From assembly GCA_900088475.1 (NCBI GenBank), contig FLMG01003379.1:1-64000 (forward strand): DNA of 64,000 nt, read 5' to 3'. The position numbers and the translations under genes are program-made. The stretch is from Hyphochytrium catenoides. Lineage: Eukaryota > Protista > Hyphochytriomycota. Below the pieces are notes generated by a model. It made no database searches. It was not told where the DNA came from and saw nothing but the letters and a program-made list of their open reading frames with translations. Shown piece after piece: positions 9,571 through 21,859 of the stretch (position 1 is the first letter of the stretch; every line of letters begins with the position of its first letter).

Positions 9571-10039
9571 GCTATTGAGAGAAGCGATCCCTGCTCCTCT
9601 TTAGCCCCTTTCTCCGCCGCCACTCTCCACGATCTCACTCTGTACGCCTAGATTGTTATGTATTGAGTCCGGGCCCCTTCCTCACAGAGGACTCGCGCGC
9701 CTAGACCTGACAATGTAATCATTCCAAAAAAAGATCACACCGTTGATGCAAGATTGAAGTATCTGTCTCTCCTCTCCCTGGCAGACATCCTTGCTTTCTA
9801 TGTATTCTCTGTGGGCAAATCTATACAAACTCGTCAGCGAGAGATAGTCGCTCTGATCTTAAAGTTTTTCTTTTGCCCATGTGCTATGACAAACCACGAG
9901 GGGTAACGTTTGGGTGACATCTGCCGAGTAATTTGCTGGTATAGCGGCCAAGAGACCTGGTTATCTTACAGACGAAGTGAACATGAGAAGGACGAGGGAG
10001 AGAGACAGGAGGGAAAGACGGTGCACACGTCTGTCTCCT

Positions 10040-11878
10040 TTAAGGCTGGCTTGAGAGGAGATCAAAAAAGTACTGAACCTCTGAGACTGCGTCCTCCTCC
10101 AGATCTGTGCAGTGGATGCCCGGTCTGGCCCTATCCGCTCCAAACTTGGCCCTGATGGTGTGAGGCCGCAGCTCCTTAGCCATCTCAACGTCCCAAGGAC
10201 CGGCAACCTCTCTGAAGCTAGTAACCGGGTCGTTGGACCGTACCTCCAGGGCAATGCAAGGACCGCTACAGAGCTGTAAGATAGAACCTTAATGCGGGCA
10301 AGGACCCCACAAGAATAGACTAGCCAGGAGGTCATCCTAGCAATAAAAGCAATTGATAACGAAGAGGGGAGAAGAGGAACGGTTGAAAGCGACAGGGGGT
10401 AGGCCAAGGTGGTAGGAGCTGTTGGACAGGAGCTATTGGAAAAGTTGAACAGAGCTAAGACGGACCTATAAAACTATAGTGCTGGCTGTCAATGCAGAGT
10501 GGAGGAGAGCGCGCTTACCTGTGTAACAATCTCTGCAAAGTGAGGAATTACACCTTGATATACCTCCAGAAACTCCTCTGCCTGGGCCTTTGTAAGGTTG
10601 AAGAGGCCCAACGCGCTAATTTCAAAGCTCTGCTGCTGGATCATGTCTAACACCTGCCCGGCTTTCCCCTCCTTAACGACATGAGGGAGGATAACGCAGC
10701 AGCTGCCACTCTCATAGGCAGCTGTGGGTGTGTGCTTGCGACCAAAGAAGAAGTTCTGCCACTCTGGAAATGGGAGCATGAATGTGCAGAGTAAGTTATG
10801 AGGGACTGACGCGGTAAGTCGTGGACTGCGACTAAAAGAAACGAAGCTTCAAGACCACTTAATAAGAGTTTCCCAGTAGCTACGGGGTGAAATAAAGAGA
10901 GAGACAGAAAGAGAGAGAGACAGACAGACAGACAAATGGTGCGTAAGGAAGAAGAGAAGGGAAACGCAGCGATACGCTCAAAGTAGGAGAAGCAGGGCTT
11001 CATTACAGAAGAAGGCCGGAACGAGTCGGGGGTGGACCACAACTTGACAACTGTCTCACCTTCAACCTCTGCGGGGCTGCTCGCTCCTTCCACCGCTGTA
11101 TCCAAGTTTCCAGCACTGTACCGAGCTCTGAGAGCTGAAAGGAGGTTCTGGAACTTTTTAATGCTGTCTTCCGCAACCAGTTCCAGAGCCACCACCGGGC
11201 CGCTGCTCATGTGGGAGACGAGATTGTCAAAGAAAGCCGTTCCCTGCTGCTTTGTATGAAGCTCTTGGGCTTCTTCTCTGCTCAAAAGGAACATCTTTAG
11301 CTTAGAGACACTGAAGCCGTTCCGACAGATTGCATCGACAATCTTCCCCATATTATTGAAGGCATCTGGAGTGATGATGGCCATGGTTCTCTGTCGTTGG
11401 CTCTCTAAGATGGTCTTGGTTGATGGGTCTAGGTACTCAACAAGCTCCAGGCTACGACCGTGTATGAGGATTTGAGCTCCAAGATAGAAGTCTTTTGGTC
11501 CCAATGAGGGAGGAGCAGACGAGCGTTTGAGGAATAGTTTCCTAGTCTTATCGTCCATCATCTCGATCTCATGGTTCTCGGTATAATAGCGGAGCTGGTA
11601 GCGCCGGCTCATCCTGGTGCAGGTGCAATGGAGCTTGTTGGTAGGTAGCTTACAGCTCTAGAAGCGCAACGGATGGAAGCAGCAGAGCAAACGAACTTGA
11701 CAATAACCCCAAGGAAGAGAAGCAAAACTAGAACGAAAGCTGGAGGAAGTGCTAGCAAGCAGAAATCTGTGCGAGGAAAGAGACAGGATCGGCGTGATGG
11801 TAGCGCTTACTGTGCTTGATTGTCATAGTACTCCGCAATGAAACCATAGACAACATCCTCCTTCTTAGGGGTCTGCAT
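10040..11878 (-). CDS. NME7: Nucleoside diphosphate kinase 7 (DM10 + two NDK domains); exons 11878-11811, 11613-11060, 10765-10519, 10273-10040
   Basis: DM10 (FIAEYYDNQAQ..RRYQLRYY..FLKR), HMSSGPVVALEL, AEEFLEVY, IRAKFG..GIHCTDLEED. All introns are GT-AG and in phase. Confidence 0.92.
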
Positions 11879-13495
11879 TGTGCTTAACCGGGTCCAGGGT
11901 CAGCTCTGCAGCTTTGGCGTTGCGCTTTTACACTCTTGACTATTAAACAAGGGGTTCCTCTGAACTGCTATTGCACTTCCTTCTTCTGAAGAAAAGCAGC
12001 AAGCTATAGTTGGTTCGCACAGTGAGGCGTCGTCGCCCAGCCTAACTATTCCTCCGTTCTAGCGAACAACCAGTGACCACGATCACTGCACCGCGTTTGA
12101 CAGTCTATCAGTTTGCCCAGCTCTACGCAACAGACCAGCCGCTCGATATCAGGCAGAGAGGACTCACCACTATACAAAGAAACGAGTCCCCACGGCTCAA
12201 TGCGGAGAGTCCTGGCAGCAATCTTCCGGATGCCTGACTGTCCGCTGGATGACTGCACTGCGTGACTACGGATCCCAGTCCAGCAGCGCGGCGGCCACTT
12301 CGAAGGAATGTACGAGTCAGCCAAAAAAGCGTTTCAAAGTGCCTGTAGTGTGTAAAGAGGTCAACACGATGATAGCGAGACCGTATTTACGATGCAATAA
12401 TATGTTATTCGGAAAATATGATTATCTCGTGATTGACATTCAGGTTAATGAAGTATTGGCCATCCTTTCTGTCTATACGGGTCAGAGATGGGTTATTGGG
12501 AGTTCGAAACCACGTGGACATTTGTTTCGGAGCTTCAATGAAGATTTTGCAGACGAGCTGCAGGCGCTCGCTGTGTGGGAAGCCTGTCTCTTACGTTAGC
12601 TTATTCAGCTCGAGATCCAGATGGAGACTGAGCTGAGTGGGAGGGTGCGATATGTAGGTCGGAAGCCCAGTAGGAGGAGGGCAAGAGTAAGGGCAGTGGG
12701 GTCAAACATACTGGCGAAAATTGTCATCAAGAGACAAAGCATATGCCTTGCGGATCACTAAGGATTGAAGGCAATACGAAGCAGGAAGTGCAGTAAGGTA
12801 TCTGACGCGATATGGGTACCTTCAGGAGATTGACGTAGGTTAGGGAGCTTGAAAAAGTTTGAGGGGTGTCTAAACCAGACGACTATCGCTTGGCGATGGC
12901 AAAACGCTAGTTCATATGGGTATCCGATGCGCCAGCAGCCCACAATGGTCACAAGCACCCAATCCATGCTGCGGATTCTATTCTCCAGCCCTGCACTCTA
13001 ATCCTTCTCACTAGAGAGGGCTTTCTCGGACGCATGGCTCGCACATGTCTCTTGTTGATTCGGCCCCAATGCACTCGTCAATGCCCTAGTCGAACTATCT
13101 AGCTTCTCCAGTGAGCAGCGTGATAGTCCCGTAGACCCATAGACTTATGCAGTTTGGTTCACTGGCCAGCCATTGCCATGTCCCTAGTCGGCATACTGAC
13201 TTCATCAGTGACGAACCTGACAGCTGTGCGTCGCACTGCTGCCTCGTTAAGCAGAGCAAAGGACCAAAGAGCAAGTGCTTCCAATGAGGAAAAGGGTTCG
13301 ACAAGAAGGTATAGAAGGTCTCTCTGTAGGAAGATATATCTCCTATAACGCATATTACTCGAAATGAAGGAGCTACTATCTGACCTTCACACTGACATCA
13401 CTGTCGACACACGGCCAATGGCCACATAGAAACGACTTGAGCACGAAGACATCAAGAGCAGGAGGATGATAGGGAAGTCACATCTAGAGAGGTCC

Positions 13496-15097
13496 TTATG
13501 AGGACTCTGGGCCCCACAAGTCGGAAAACGCATCACATAGAGAAAAGAAGCCCATTACTGCTGACTCTTCCATGCCCAACTCCACGCAGTTCCCCATCCG
13601 AAAGAGCTCACGTCGGATGCTCAGCCTAGCAACCTCTCGTGCGCAACTTCGATACTTCTCCACATTGAGTCTCTTCCGAGCCTCCTGCAGCCTCTCGTGC
13701 AGGGCCAGGCAAATTCTATTAGATTTGCCTTTTCTTTCTACCCAGCGTTTAATCGCTCTCGCACTTTCCATTCGCTTCGCTGCCCTTGGTACGCCCACAA
13801 CTACCGTTTGGCGGTAACTGATTCTCCACCGTAGATAGCCCTTGTACCTGTCAAAAGCTTGGCCTAGACTTTCCAATTGCTTCTTCATCCTCTTCTCTTT
13901 CGCCTCTGCCAAGAGACCTCCATAGTTGATGTACGCACCGCAAAAGCACTCTAGCGACCCACAGCCATCACCCTTCACAAAAGCCACCCCGCATTCCGGA
14001 CAGTGAAGCACCAAGTCCTCGGCCTCCACACCATAGCTCTGAGCATTCTGCCTGTCCAAATCCTGGGTGAACTCACTGCACGTCTGCCCATCATGATGGC
14101 TTGACGCCTGGCAGGAGTAGCACACAGGCCTTTTGCAGCAGAATGTAAACATCTTGGGCCAGCGCCTATAGTACCAGTGCAAAAACACCGCGATCCGCTC
14201 AGGGTCACCCATCGCTATCGCAAACGACTCAATAAACTCTACGTCCACTTCAACCTTGACAGCCTCCTTTAGGGCTTGATAAAGCTCTGCCGGACTAGTG
14301 CGGCAGTTCATATAGCGCCGGTAGCAGGTGTAAAAACTCTGGAGCTTGCTCTTCTTTGCCATGGTGGAGCTTATTCTCTCTCTATTTGTCGTGATCATCT
14401 CCTGCAGAGACCTCTCGCTAGCAGTCTCATCATAGCTTGCGGCTTGGAACGGTCTAAGCACTCCTGACCGATTCTCACAGCCATAGCAACGTACCGACGT
14501 CGCTGCGAAAAGTCTGCTGATGAGCTTGTGTCTTAGGTTAGCGACTGGTTTGCTGCTGAAATGTCTCAAAGGAGTCTGCACGAAGCAGATCGGACACTTG
14601 AGCCGCAGCAGCAGCCCATGAGGAACTCGCTCTGCTTCTATGTCTACGTATCTTTCTATGCAGACAGTGCACACCCCATGCACGAGGTAACTGGCTCGTG
14701 GTTGGCAGTTCCTGGTACAGAATGACTTTTGAAGATCCTCAGAATTGAACTCCTCACAGCAGAGATCACAAGGAACAAGCTTGGTGTCCTCTTTGCAGGG
14801 AGAGTCTGCTGGGTCGCCTTCTGTCTCAGGCTCAGCATCTATCTCAGCTTCTGGCTCCGCTTTTATAGCAAGCTTTTGCTCTGCTGCCCCACCTATGGCC
14901 CCTGAAACTATAGAGTTGTCTTCTACGGAGGTTGGCGAGGAGAGCAATGGCCTTGAAATCGCTGGCGCTGGAGCGCTGACTGTCCTCCGTAACAAGAGAG
15001 AGGAGGACGGAAGTCCATCTGTCTCGCTCTCAGCAGCCAGCACTGGATTGCTGATGAGGCTGGGCCAGCCAGCTAAAGTCCTCATCACCTCTGCCAT
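13496..15097 (-). CDS. RBR (RING-IBR-RING2)-like E3 ubiquitin ligase, intronless
   Basis: CDLC..C..HGVCTVC..CPIC; CCKRPVCYSC..HHDGQTC; CPECGVAFVKGDGCGSLECFCG. First ATG is at 15097. Confidence 0.75.
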   Translation of the reverse strand: MAEVMRTLAGWPSLISNPVLAAESETDGLPSSSLLLRRTVSAPAPAISRPLLSSPTSVEDNSIVSGAIGGAAEQKLAIKAEPEAEIDAEPETEGDPADSPCKEDTKLVPCDLCCEEFNSEDLQKSFCTRNCQPRASYLVHGVCTVCIERYVDIEAERVPHGLLLRLKCPICFVQTPLRHFSSKPVANLRHKLISRLFAATSVRCYGCENRSGVLRPFQAASYDETASERSLQEMITTNRERISSTMAKKSKLQSFYTCYRRYMNCRTSPAELYQALKEAVKVEVDVEFIESFAIAMGDPERIAVFLHWYYRRWPKMFTFCCKRPVCYSCQASSHHDGQTCSEFTQDLDRQNAQSYGVEAEDLVLHCPECGVAFVKGDGCGSLECFCGAYINYGGLLAEAKEKRMKKQLESLGQAFDRYKGYLRWRISYRQTVVVGVPRAAKRMESARAIKRWVERKGKSNRICLALHERLQEARKRLNVEKYRSCAREVARLSIRRELFRMGNCVELGMEESAVMGFFSLCDAFSDLWGPESS

Positions 15098-15654
15098 CAG
15101 TCCTGACCTTCCAGTCTTCGAAATGCCCTTCAAATGTATAGGCTGCGCTCTGGTCTGCTGAGGGAAAGTTTGAAACTGAGAAGCATTGGAGCTCCAGGAC
15201 TATTGGCCTTCATAGCAGGTGTCTGGGCCTTCCTGCTTGGGCGAAGATTGTCAATGGATCTCGTTGTGGGAGAGAAAGGCGGAGAAGTGCTGGGAATGGA
15301 AGGAGCGTAATGTTCTTCATTCTCTCTCTCTTCGAATGATTCTGTTCCTCTCTTTCTGTGTGTCTCTTTCCTCTGTCTTTCTCTTCCTCGCCTTCTCTCT
15401 CTATTCTGCTAATCTGTCTCCTTCTTTCTCTTGGTCTCTTTCTCCCTCTGTCTCTTGGCACCTCAGTCACTATGTCTCTTCCCCGAGAATGGACCAACAC
15501 TCTGTCCTCTACTGACCATCATTCCTCCCGCGCAGAAAGTGGAGTAGTAATAACAAAGGTTAAAGCCATTAGTATTCTTATTCTCTTAATAATACACCCA
15601 GCTGAGATGGAGGGAAGAAATTTCTGAGTGGAAGATGAAAAGTTTAGAGAGTAT

Positions 15655-15747
15655 TGCTCCTCTTCTCTCTCCTCTTCTCTCTCTCTCTCTCTCTCTCTCC
15701 TCCTCTCTCTCTCTCTCTCTTACTCTCTCTCGCTCTCTTTCTCTCTC

Positions 15748-15786
<39 letters not shown>

Positions 15787-15880
15787 ACATCTCTCTCTCG
15801 CTCTCGCTCTCGCTCTCTCTCTCCCTCTCTCGCTCTCCCTCTTGCTCTCTCGCTCTCTCTTCTTCTCTCCTCAGTCTCTG
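15655..15880. repeat. (CT)n/(CTCG) microsatellite
   Basis: Long CT dinucleotide run. The SL-rich ORFs overlapping it are artefacts. Confidence 0.95.
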
Positions 15881-16579
15881 TCCCTTGCCCTGTTCTCTTT
15901 CTGTTTCTCAGTGGTCTCTCTCTAGCCTCTGTGTCTCATCTCTCTCAACGTCACTCTCTCACTCGTTGCCTCCACTCTATCTCTCCCTTCTGTCTCCCTA
16001 CTGCGCAGAACGTGCAACTCTCTCTTATCTCTCCTGACCGCTGACATACATTCCTCATCCCACCAGTCTGTCAATGGGGAAGACATTGTCTTCCCTTCCA
16101 TCGATCCATCCATTGGCCTAACAGCCGCGGCGCTGGGAGGCTACCGTCTCTGCGCGGTGGCTTGTATCTTCTGTCTCTGAAAGCCTAATATGACTTCCCT
16201 AGGAGATCTTCCACTCAAGAGATGTATTATTGTTGTCCAAGATGACAGAGGCGGAAAGCAGCCGCTGAGGTATATGTGTGTGTGTCAGAGAGAGAGAGAC
16301 AAAGAGTGACAGAGAGAGAGACACACACAGGGAGAGAGAGAGAGGGTGGTAAAGACATATCAGTTATTGGATGAGGAAGCTGCTCAATGAGTTGGCAGAG
16401 AACGGCAGAGAGCCTCTCACTTCTAGAAGGACACTTCATACTCTTCTTATGTCCAAATCTTGTTAGGCTTCGGCTTGGTCATGGAAATCGCCTTGCACAG
16501 GATGAGGCAAGATGCTAAGACAATACGATGTGGAAGAAGGGAGCAACACGGGCAGAGAGGACCTGTGTGTGTCTGTGCA

Positions 16580-16650
16580 ATCAACTGGCCTTTCTGAGTA
16601 ACAGGAGAGGGTCATCAACTGGCCTTTCTGAGTAACAGGAGAGGGTCATC
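16580..16650. repeat. Perfect 34-bp tandem duplication
   Basis: ATCAACTGGCCTTTCTGAGTAACAGGAGAGGGTC x2. Confidence 0.95.
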
Positions 16651-16959
16651 CGTGAGCTGTCCATGTGAGCCCAAAGCGGCACGTCAGCGACCGATGCGTG
16701 CCCAAGAGCTATCCCTAGAGTCTCAGTTGGCACCACTCAGAAGAGACAAGTATTTTCTAGTCAAAGAAGAGTCCCTAATATACCTTAGCACATGGTTGCC
16801 TCATACACAGATACAACCTCGTCAGACAATAGGACAGACTCACATAGCCATTAACTCCGCTTCTAGCGCCCTCAACAGCTAAAGCACGGCCACAACGGTG
16901 CCTTAGACAAGCTCCCACCTATCCAAAGATAGGGCAGGGCGTTCACATGGGCGGCAATT

Positions 16960-17930
16960 CCGCCACTGCAGACTCTTCCCTACCTCAAATTGTGCGCTGC
17001 CCAGCTCCAAATAGCTCAAGACGGGCACAGGGCCTAGCTGCCACTCCCGCCAAGCTGCGGAACTTCACAAGGACTCCGTTCTAGTTTTGTCGAAGAACAA
17101 CAGGAACAAGGCTTGAGTCCTCATTCCTTGTCATTTAGAGCCTAGTTACTATCCTTACCCGCCAGGCTAATGTCTGAACTGTGAAGCACCAGATCCTCAG
17201 CTTCTACTCCAAAGCTTCGCAGATCCTGCTCATCCATCTGCTGTGTGAATTCGGTACTGGTCTGTCCCTCGTAATGACCTGACGTCTGAAGGAGTAACCC
17301 GTCACCGCGATGATAGTATGGTGCAGTAGGGCAGTCTCCCACTAGGGTAGAAGGCCACACTGTCCTTCAAAGATCGTCTCCCAAGCTGCCATAGATATTT
17401 TATGTGGCGGACTAAGGGATTCAGAGTGTGGATGAGTCCCTCTCAGCTAAGTGTCCAGAACCAATTTTTATGAGCGAGGATATATTACTCATTTCTATTG
17501 GGTCAGTGGGGTCTCTGGCAAGGAGTCTGGGCCAGTACTTCACCTGCTGCTCTTCATTTATTGGATGACATATCGCTTAGAGCTCACTTTCGCTTTTGAT
17601 GGTGGTAGCCGGTGCGAAAGACTTAGCTGACATCATCTCCGTCGTCGTCGTTCTATTGCTGACGGGTTTTTCTCGAAGAGCCGACCAGTGTCTAAAGACA
17701 CTTATAAGCAGAGGATAGTACTTGATCAACAGGGTCGATTGGAATGAGTTCTTCTGGAAAGACTCATGGCATCCTTGCGAGCTTTCAATGTCTGGTCACT
17801 CAATCAGACAATCACCATTAAAAAGTAATACGTAGTTTATCCTGGAGAAAGAGGTGCGATCTGAAGGCTGAACTGCTACGAGTCTGCGCTATTGCCTTTG
17901 TTTCCCTTAAGAATGCACTGAGCAGCATTA
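16960..17930 (-). pseudogene. Degenerate paralog of the RBR-like gene at 13496-15097
   Basis: GHYEGQTSTEFTQQMDEQDLRSFGVEAEDLVLH matches SHHDGQTCSEFTQDLDRQNAQSYGVEAEDLVLH. Weaker DNA similarity to the LHWYYRR and ARL..RELF segments. Many stops and frameshifts. Outer ends approximate. Confidence 0.75.
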
Positions 17931-17970
17931 TATTCCTTGCGTCCCCAAGAGTCGTGTCACAGCCCCATCC

Positions 17971-20900
17971 CTACTGTACTTCGAAGAGCGGTGCCATTAT
18001 CTCCTAGGGAATAGCACAGGATGAGAAGTTCGCCATGCATCGGTGCGAAAATGAGCACGAAGGTGAAAGAGCAAAAGCAAGACGTCTCAAACACATTGCA
18101 AAAGATAGAAGATTGATTTGACTTGATGAAAGGAGGTTGGTGCACTTACTGCTAAGAGCTTCTCCACGCGAATGGACCCCGTCACCAAAGTAGGAGTCTC
18201 CAGACACAGCTCCATGAACTTTGCCTGGAAGTGCGGAAGGTGGGGAAAATGGAGAGAGGGAGTTGATTGAGTGAGCGGCAGAACAAGCAAACGGAGGAGA
18301 ACGGTAAGACTTAGCAAACAGCGAGAGATAAAATGAAGGAAGACATGATCCTTGCCGTCTTACCTGACTAATCATATCATCCGCCCGAGGCTCCATGAGT
18401 GTATTGATGAGCTAGAAGACAGAAAGATCTAAGTGGTCGTACGGATCCTATTATCTTTCTTCGCCTCACCTGCTTCGGTGGCTCTCTCATGTTCTTCAGC
18501 AAGCTCTGGAAAGCTCCCTATGGCTGGGTGTGAGTATGGCTGCTGGGGCTTTCCTTCCTGTTCTCACTTCCTATTGGCTGCTCCGTAAATGCCATCTCTC
18601 CACGCCTTACCCTATGCCTAAGCTTCTCCTAGAAGTAGCAATAATATTGGCCTACGTCGACATACTAGTGGCTTACCATAGACAGAAGGCCTTGCTCATT
18701 TATATCTAGAGCCGCGAAGGCAAACTCCTCTCGATGGCCCTTGGGGTGGGGTGACCTGGACATGGCGATTAATAAACCATTCACCGGAAATACTAGTTAG
18801 AAGAGCGACTATCTCTAAGGGAGAGAGCCGCAGAGACCAACAACGCAACTGGACTCGCAAGATCTTAAAAGGAAGATCAAAATAGATACACAGTTTGAAG
18901 AGCAATGTGGCCCATAGGACTGTCCACAAACTTACACTAGACGGCCAGTACTAAGTACCCAGCAGCGAAAGTTCAGCTTGGGCCCATAGTCCTACAGAGA
19001 ATGGTGCGGAGAGGCAACAAAAAAGAATATGTTAGAAACAGCTCGGCGCTCCTGAAGGCTAACACTCTAGAAAGAAATAAAGTAAGAGCGCAGAACCCGC
19101 GACACCAGGACCCCATAAATGGTCCTAACCTTCGATAGGAAGTCATACAGCCTTCTGGCCTTCTTGGATGTTGCAGCAGAAAAGCCGCAGGCAGACGCAA
19201 AATCTTCAAAGGTAATTAGCCCTTTCCTATCAGATTTATACCACCAGAAGTTAACGGACGTGAAGACTAGTAACGAAGTACAGTCAGCGGAAAGCAGCTC
19301 TTTAGAAGCTCAAAGTCACTGGGAAGAAGCTAGGTCATACTCCGGTAAAGATGCCACAAGTGAGAATGTAAGGGACCAAGATTTAGCCGGCCCAACAATG
19401 GAGGGAGGGTGGGAGACAGACCTTGAAGTGTCAATTCTAGCAAAAGCTGTGAGGGCGGCCTTGCAGAAGTTGATTCCGCAGCCTTTGCCATACCGCGCCC
19501 TCGCCTCGTAGACCGCAAAATCTCCGATATTCACCCGCAACCTCTTTGCAGCCTTCAGCAGGCGCTCATCATCAAAATTGTGCTCTGTCACCTTTGCCTA
19601 TAATAAAAAGGGATGAAGATGAGGGGTGATAAAGGTCAAACGGGAAGGAGAGAGGAGGATCACATGTTTGACACTATCGACCGCAATGAAAGGTGCCCGT
19701 GACACTCGTGAGACAAAAAGGTATGGCACGGTAAACAACGAAAGGCGTTAAGGTAGAGGAGCTGCACGGGTGAGAGGAGTACTTTAAAAGCCAACTTCTC
19801 TCTATTCGAGTACCTTCATTGCCACCCCCATGTACTTCCTAACATTTTCTGCAAAAAGGATGGGATTGCGTCTTTCCTCCTCTGAAGGGTGATAGTCCGG
19901 CAACCACTCCACTGTCAGAGTCTGGTTGATCTGAGACAGACAATACCAGAGGAACTTCAAGGAGTTCTACATGGGCAAGCGGTGAGGATATCAATAGGAT
20001 GGGGATCATTGCTGTGGCCCGGCCTCCAGCAGAGTTGAACCGAGGATGGGAGAGGTTAGATCGCTCTAGCGGGAGGAATCAGTAGGTGAGCTCTATATGA
20101 TAGCAGCAGCTTACCCCGTTAGTGGTGAAGGAGGGATCGAATCGCTGGTAGTCGTACTTAAGGATAACGGGAGAGACTGGAATCCCAGGAAGAAAAGCTC
20201 CCGGCTTAAATTGTGTCAGATAACGCGCATTCGCTGTGGTTCCCTAGGTAAGACAAGGCAAAGTAAGCGTGTCTTGATTGAGCTGGTGCTTGGAATACTA
20301 GATGGGACGGGAAGCGCCAAGGAAAAGTGAAGTACATAAGGGAAGGAATCTCTTTCTTGAGGCCGAAGAGCTGAATATTGAGAATTGAAGGCAGATTGAG
20401 AGGCGAAGCATAACGCTATCTCTGGACAATACCTGCGGGAACATAACAATTGGAGGGAAGCAGCCTGACTTTGCCTTCTCAATAATAGCTCTCTTGGCCT
20501 TCTCTCTGCCATCAGGTGTATCTACGTAAGCATAAACGTATATACCAGACAATGAAGTTAGAAAACCATCAAAGAGAAGTACAGCTCAGCAAGAAGAGCC
20601 GGTAGGAAGAGCAGACTCCATGTTATGACGCTCTTACCTCTCTCCACCAGTATAACACGGTGAGCCCTAGCTATGGTGTTAAATAATGGGACCTTAACGA
20701 TACTCTTCTTCCCCATCGCTGCAGGAAGGGACAACCATACATGGACGATTATGTCCCAGATCGTCACATCTGCATTCAAAGGGAAAAAAGATCATGAGCA
20801 AGCAGACGAGGCGATGCACAGAGCCGAGAAGCACCTCTTTTTTTAGGTAGCACAGACAAGGTAAAGCGGTCAGGAAAGCAGGATAAGAGTTGTAAGGGAC

Positions 20901-21859
20901 GGTCACATATTCACGCAAATGGGTCTCAGGTTTGTTGGCCGGTAGCTTACGGTTAGAGACAATGATCGGCGCATTCCCTCTTTTGCCCTTGACCTTAATA
21001 TAGTTGTATCCGAAGGCCCAAAGCATAGTTCTAGTTAAACCGTCAGTTAGCACAGCTGCCATATCGTGACAGGAGACAAAGCAGGTAGATAACCACAAGA
21101 TTCATTGGGAGAAAAGAGAAAGAGAGCAAGAGATAAGGACTTGGCAGAGGTTGCTGTTTCTAACGTCACCTCGCTAAGAGCTTGGTAGGGTAAATGAGGC
21201 ATCGTCGCCGCGGAGGTAGGGGATCATCGCTTCCTCCCTTCCACATGAAGGTTGCGAGAAATGAAAGCCACCAGAACTGAGGGGTGATCGGTGTTAGCTG
21301 TCTGATCTGTCTAGCATAACTCTCTGTAACCTCTTTCTCCCTCTATGTGGTCCCTTCCCACTTCCCAGCCTGTACTGCTACCTTCCCACTAATCCAGTCT
21401 TCTGGCTCCATCTCTCCCTTCTGCCAGCCTTGGACTCTTCCAATGTCTTCTCCCTATTTAGCCAGATGGTCCATAGAGGTACAAAATCCTTACCCCAAAA
21501 AGACAGCTGATGACGACAATCAGCCGGAAGAGCGGGACAAACAGCGCAGACATACCCAAGAGCTTCATACTCTCTCGCAGTCCCTTCTTGTAGCTCCAGT
21601 AGAAAGGATGATCCTCAATTTTTCCTCTGTCCCTCCTGTTCAGGAGCTTGCGATGTTCGGCATCAAGCATGTCCATTGCCTGAGGGTTGCTGCTAATCTC
21701 CAGCTCCTCTTGATCGAACTTATCCTCTGCCCAGCTCTCTCTTCCCATTGCTTCTGAGTCAGCCAAATCAAGAAGCCTTTGACCCTCTTGAGCTGTATGG
21801 CTTGTTTCAATAGAGGGCCGACAAGCGAGCTCCGAATCATCCTCCTGGGACATCATCAT
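17971..21859 (-). CDS. Lysophospholipid acyltransferase (LPCAT/LPEAT-like) with C-terminal EF-hand-like loops, ~15 exons
   Basis: Spliced motifs IIVSN|HVTIWD (NHx4D), VMFPQ|GTT, FKPGAFLPGIPVSP, FAENVRKYM. EF-like loops DTSR|KGLITFEDF and DINEQGLLSM. Inferred last exon EIMAPLFEVQ*. Confidence 0.85.

Noticed and set aside
15210-16044. SL/RE-rich ORFs
   Set aside because: Translations of CT/GA microsatellites. The same applies to 32431-32727.
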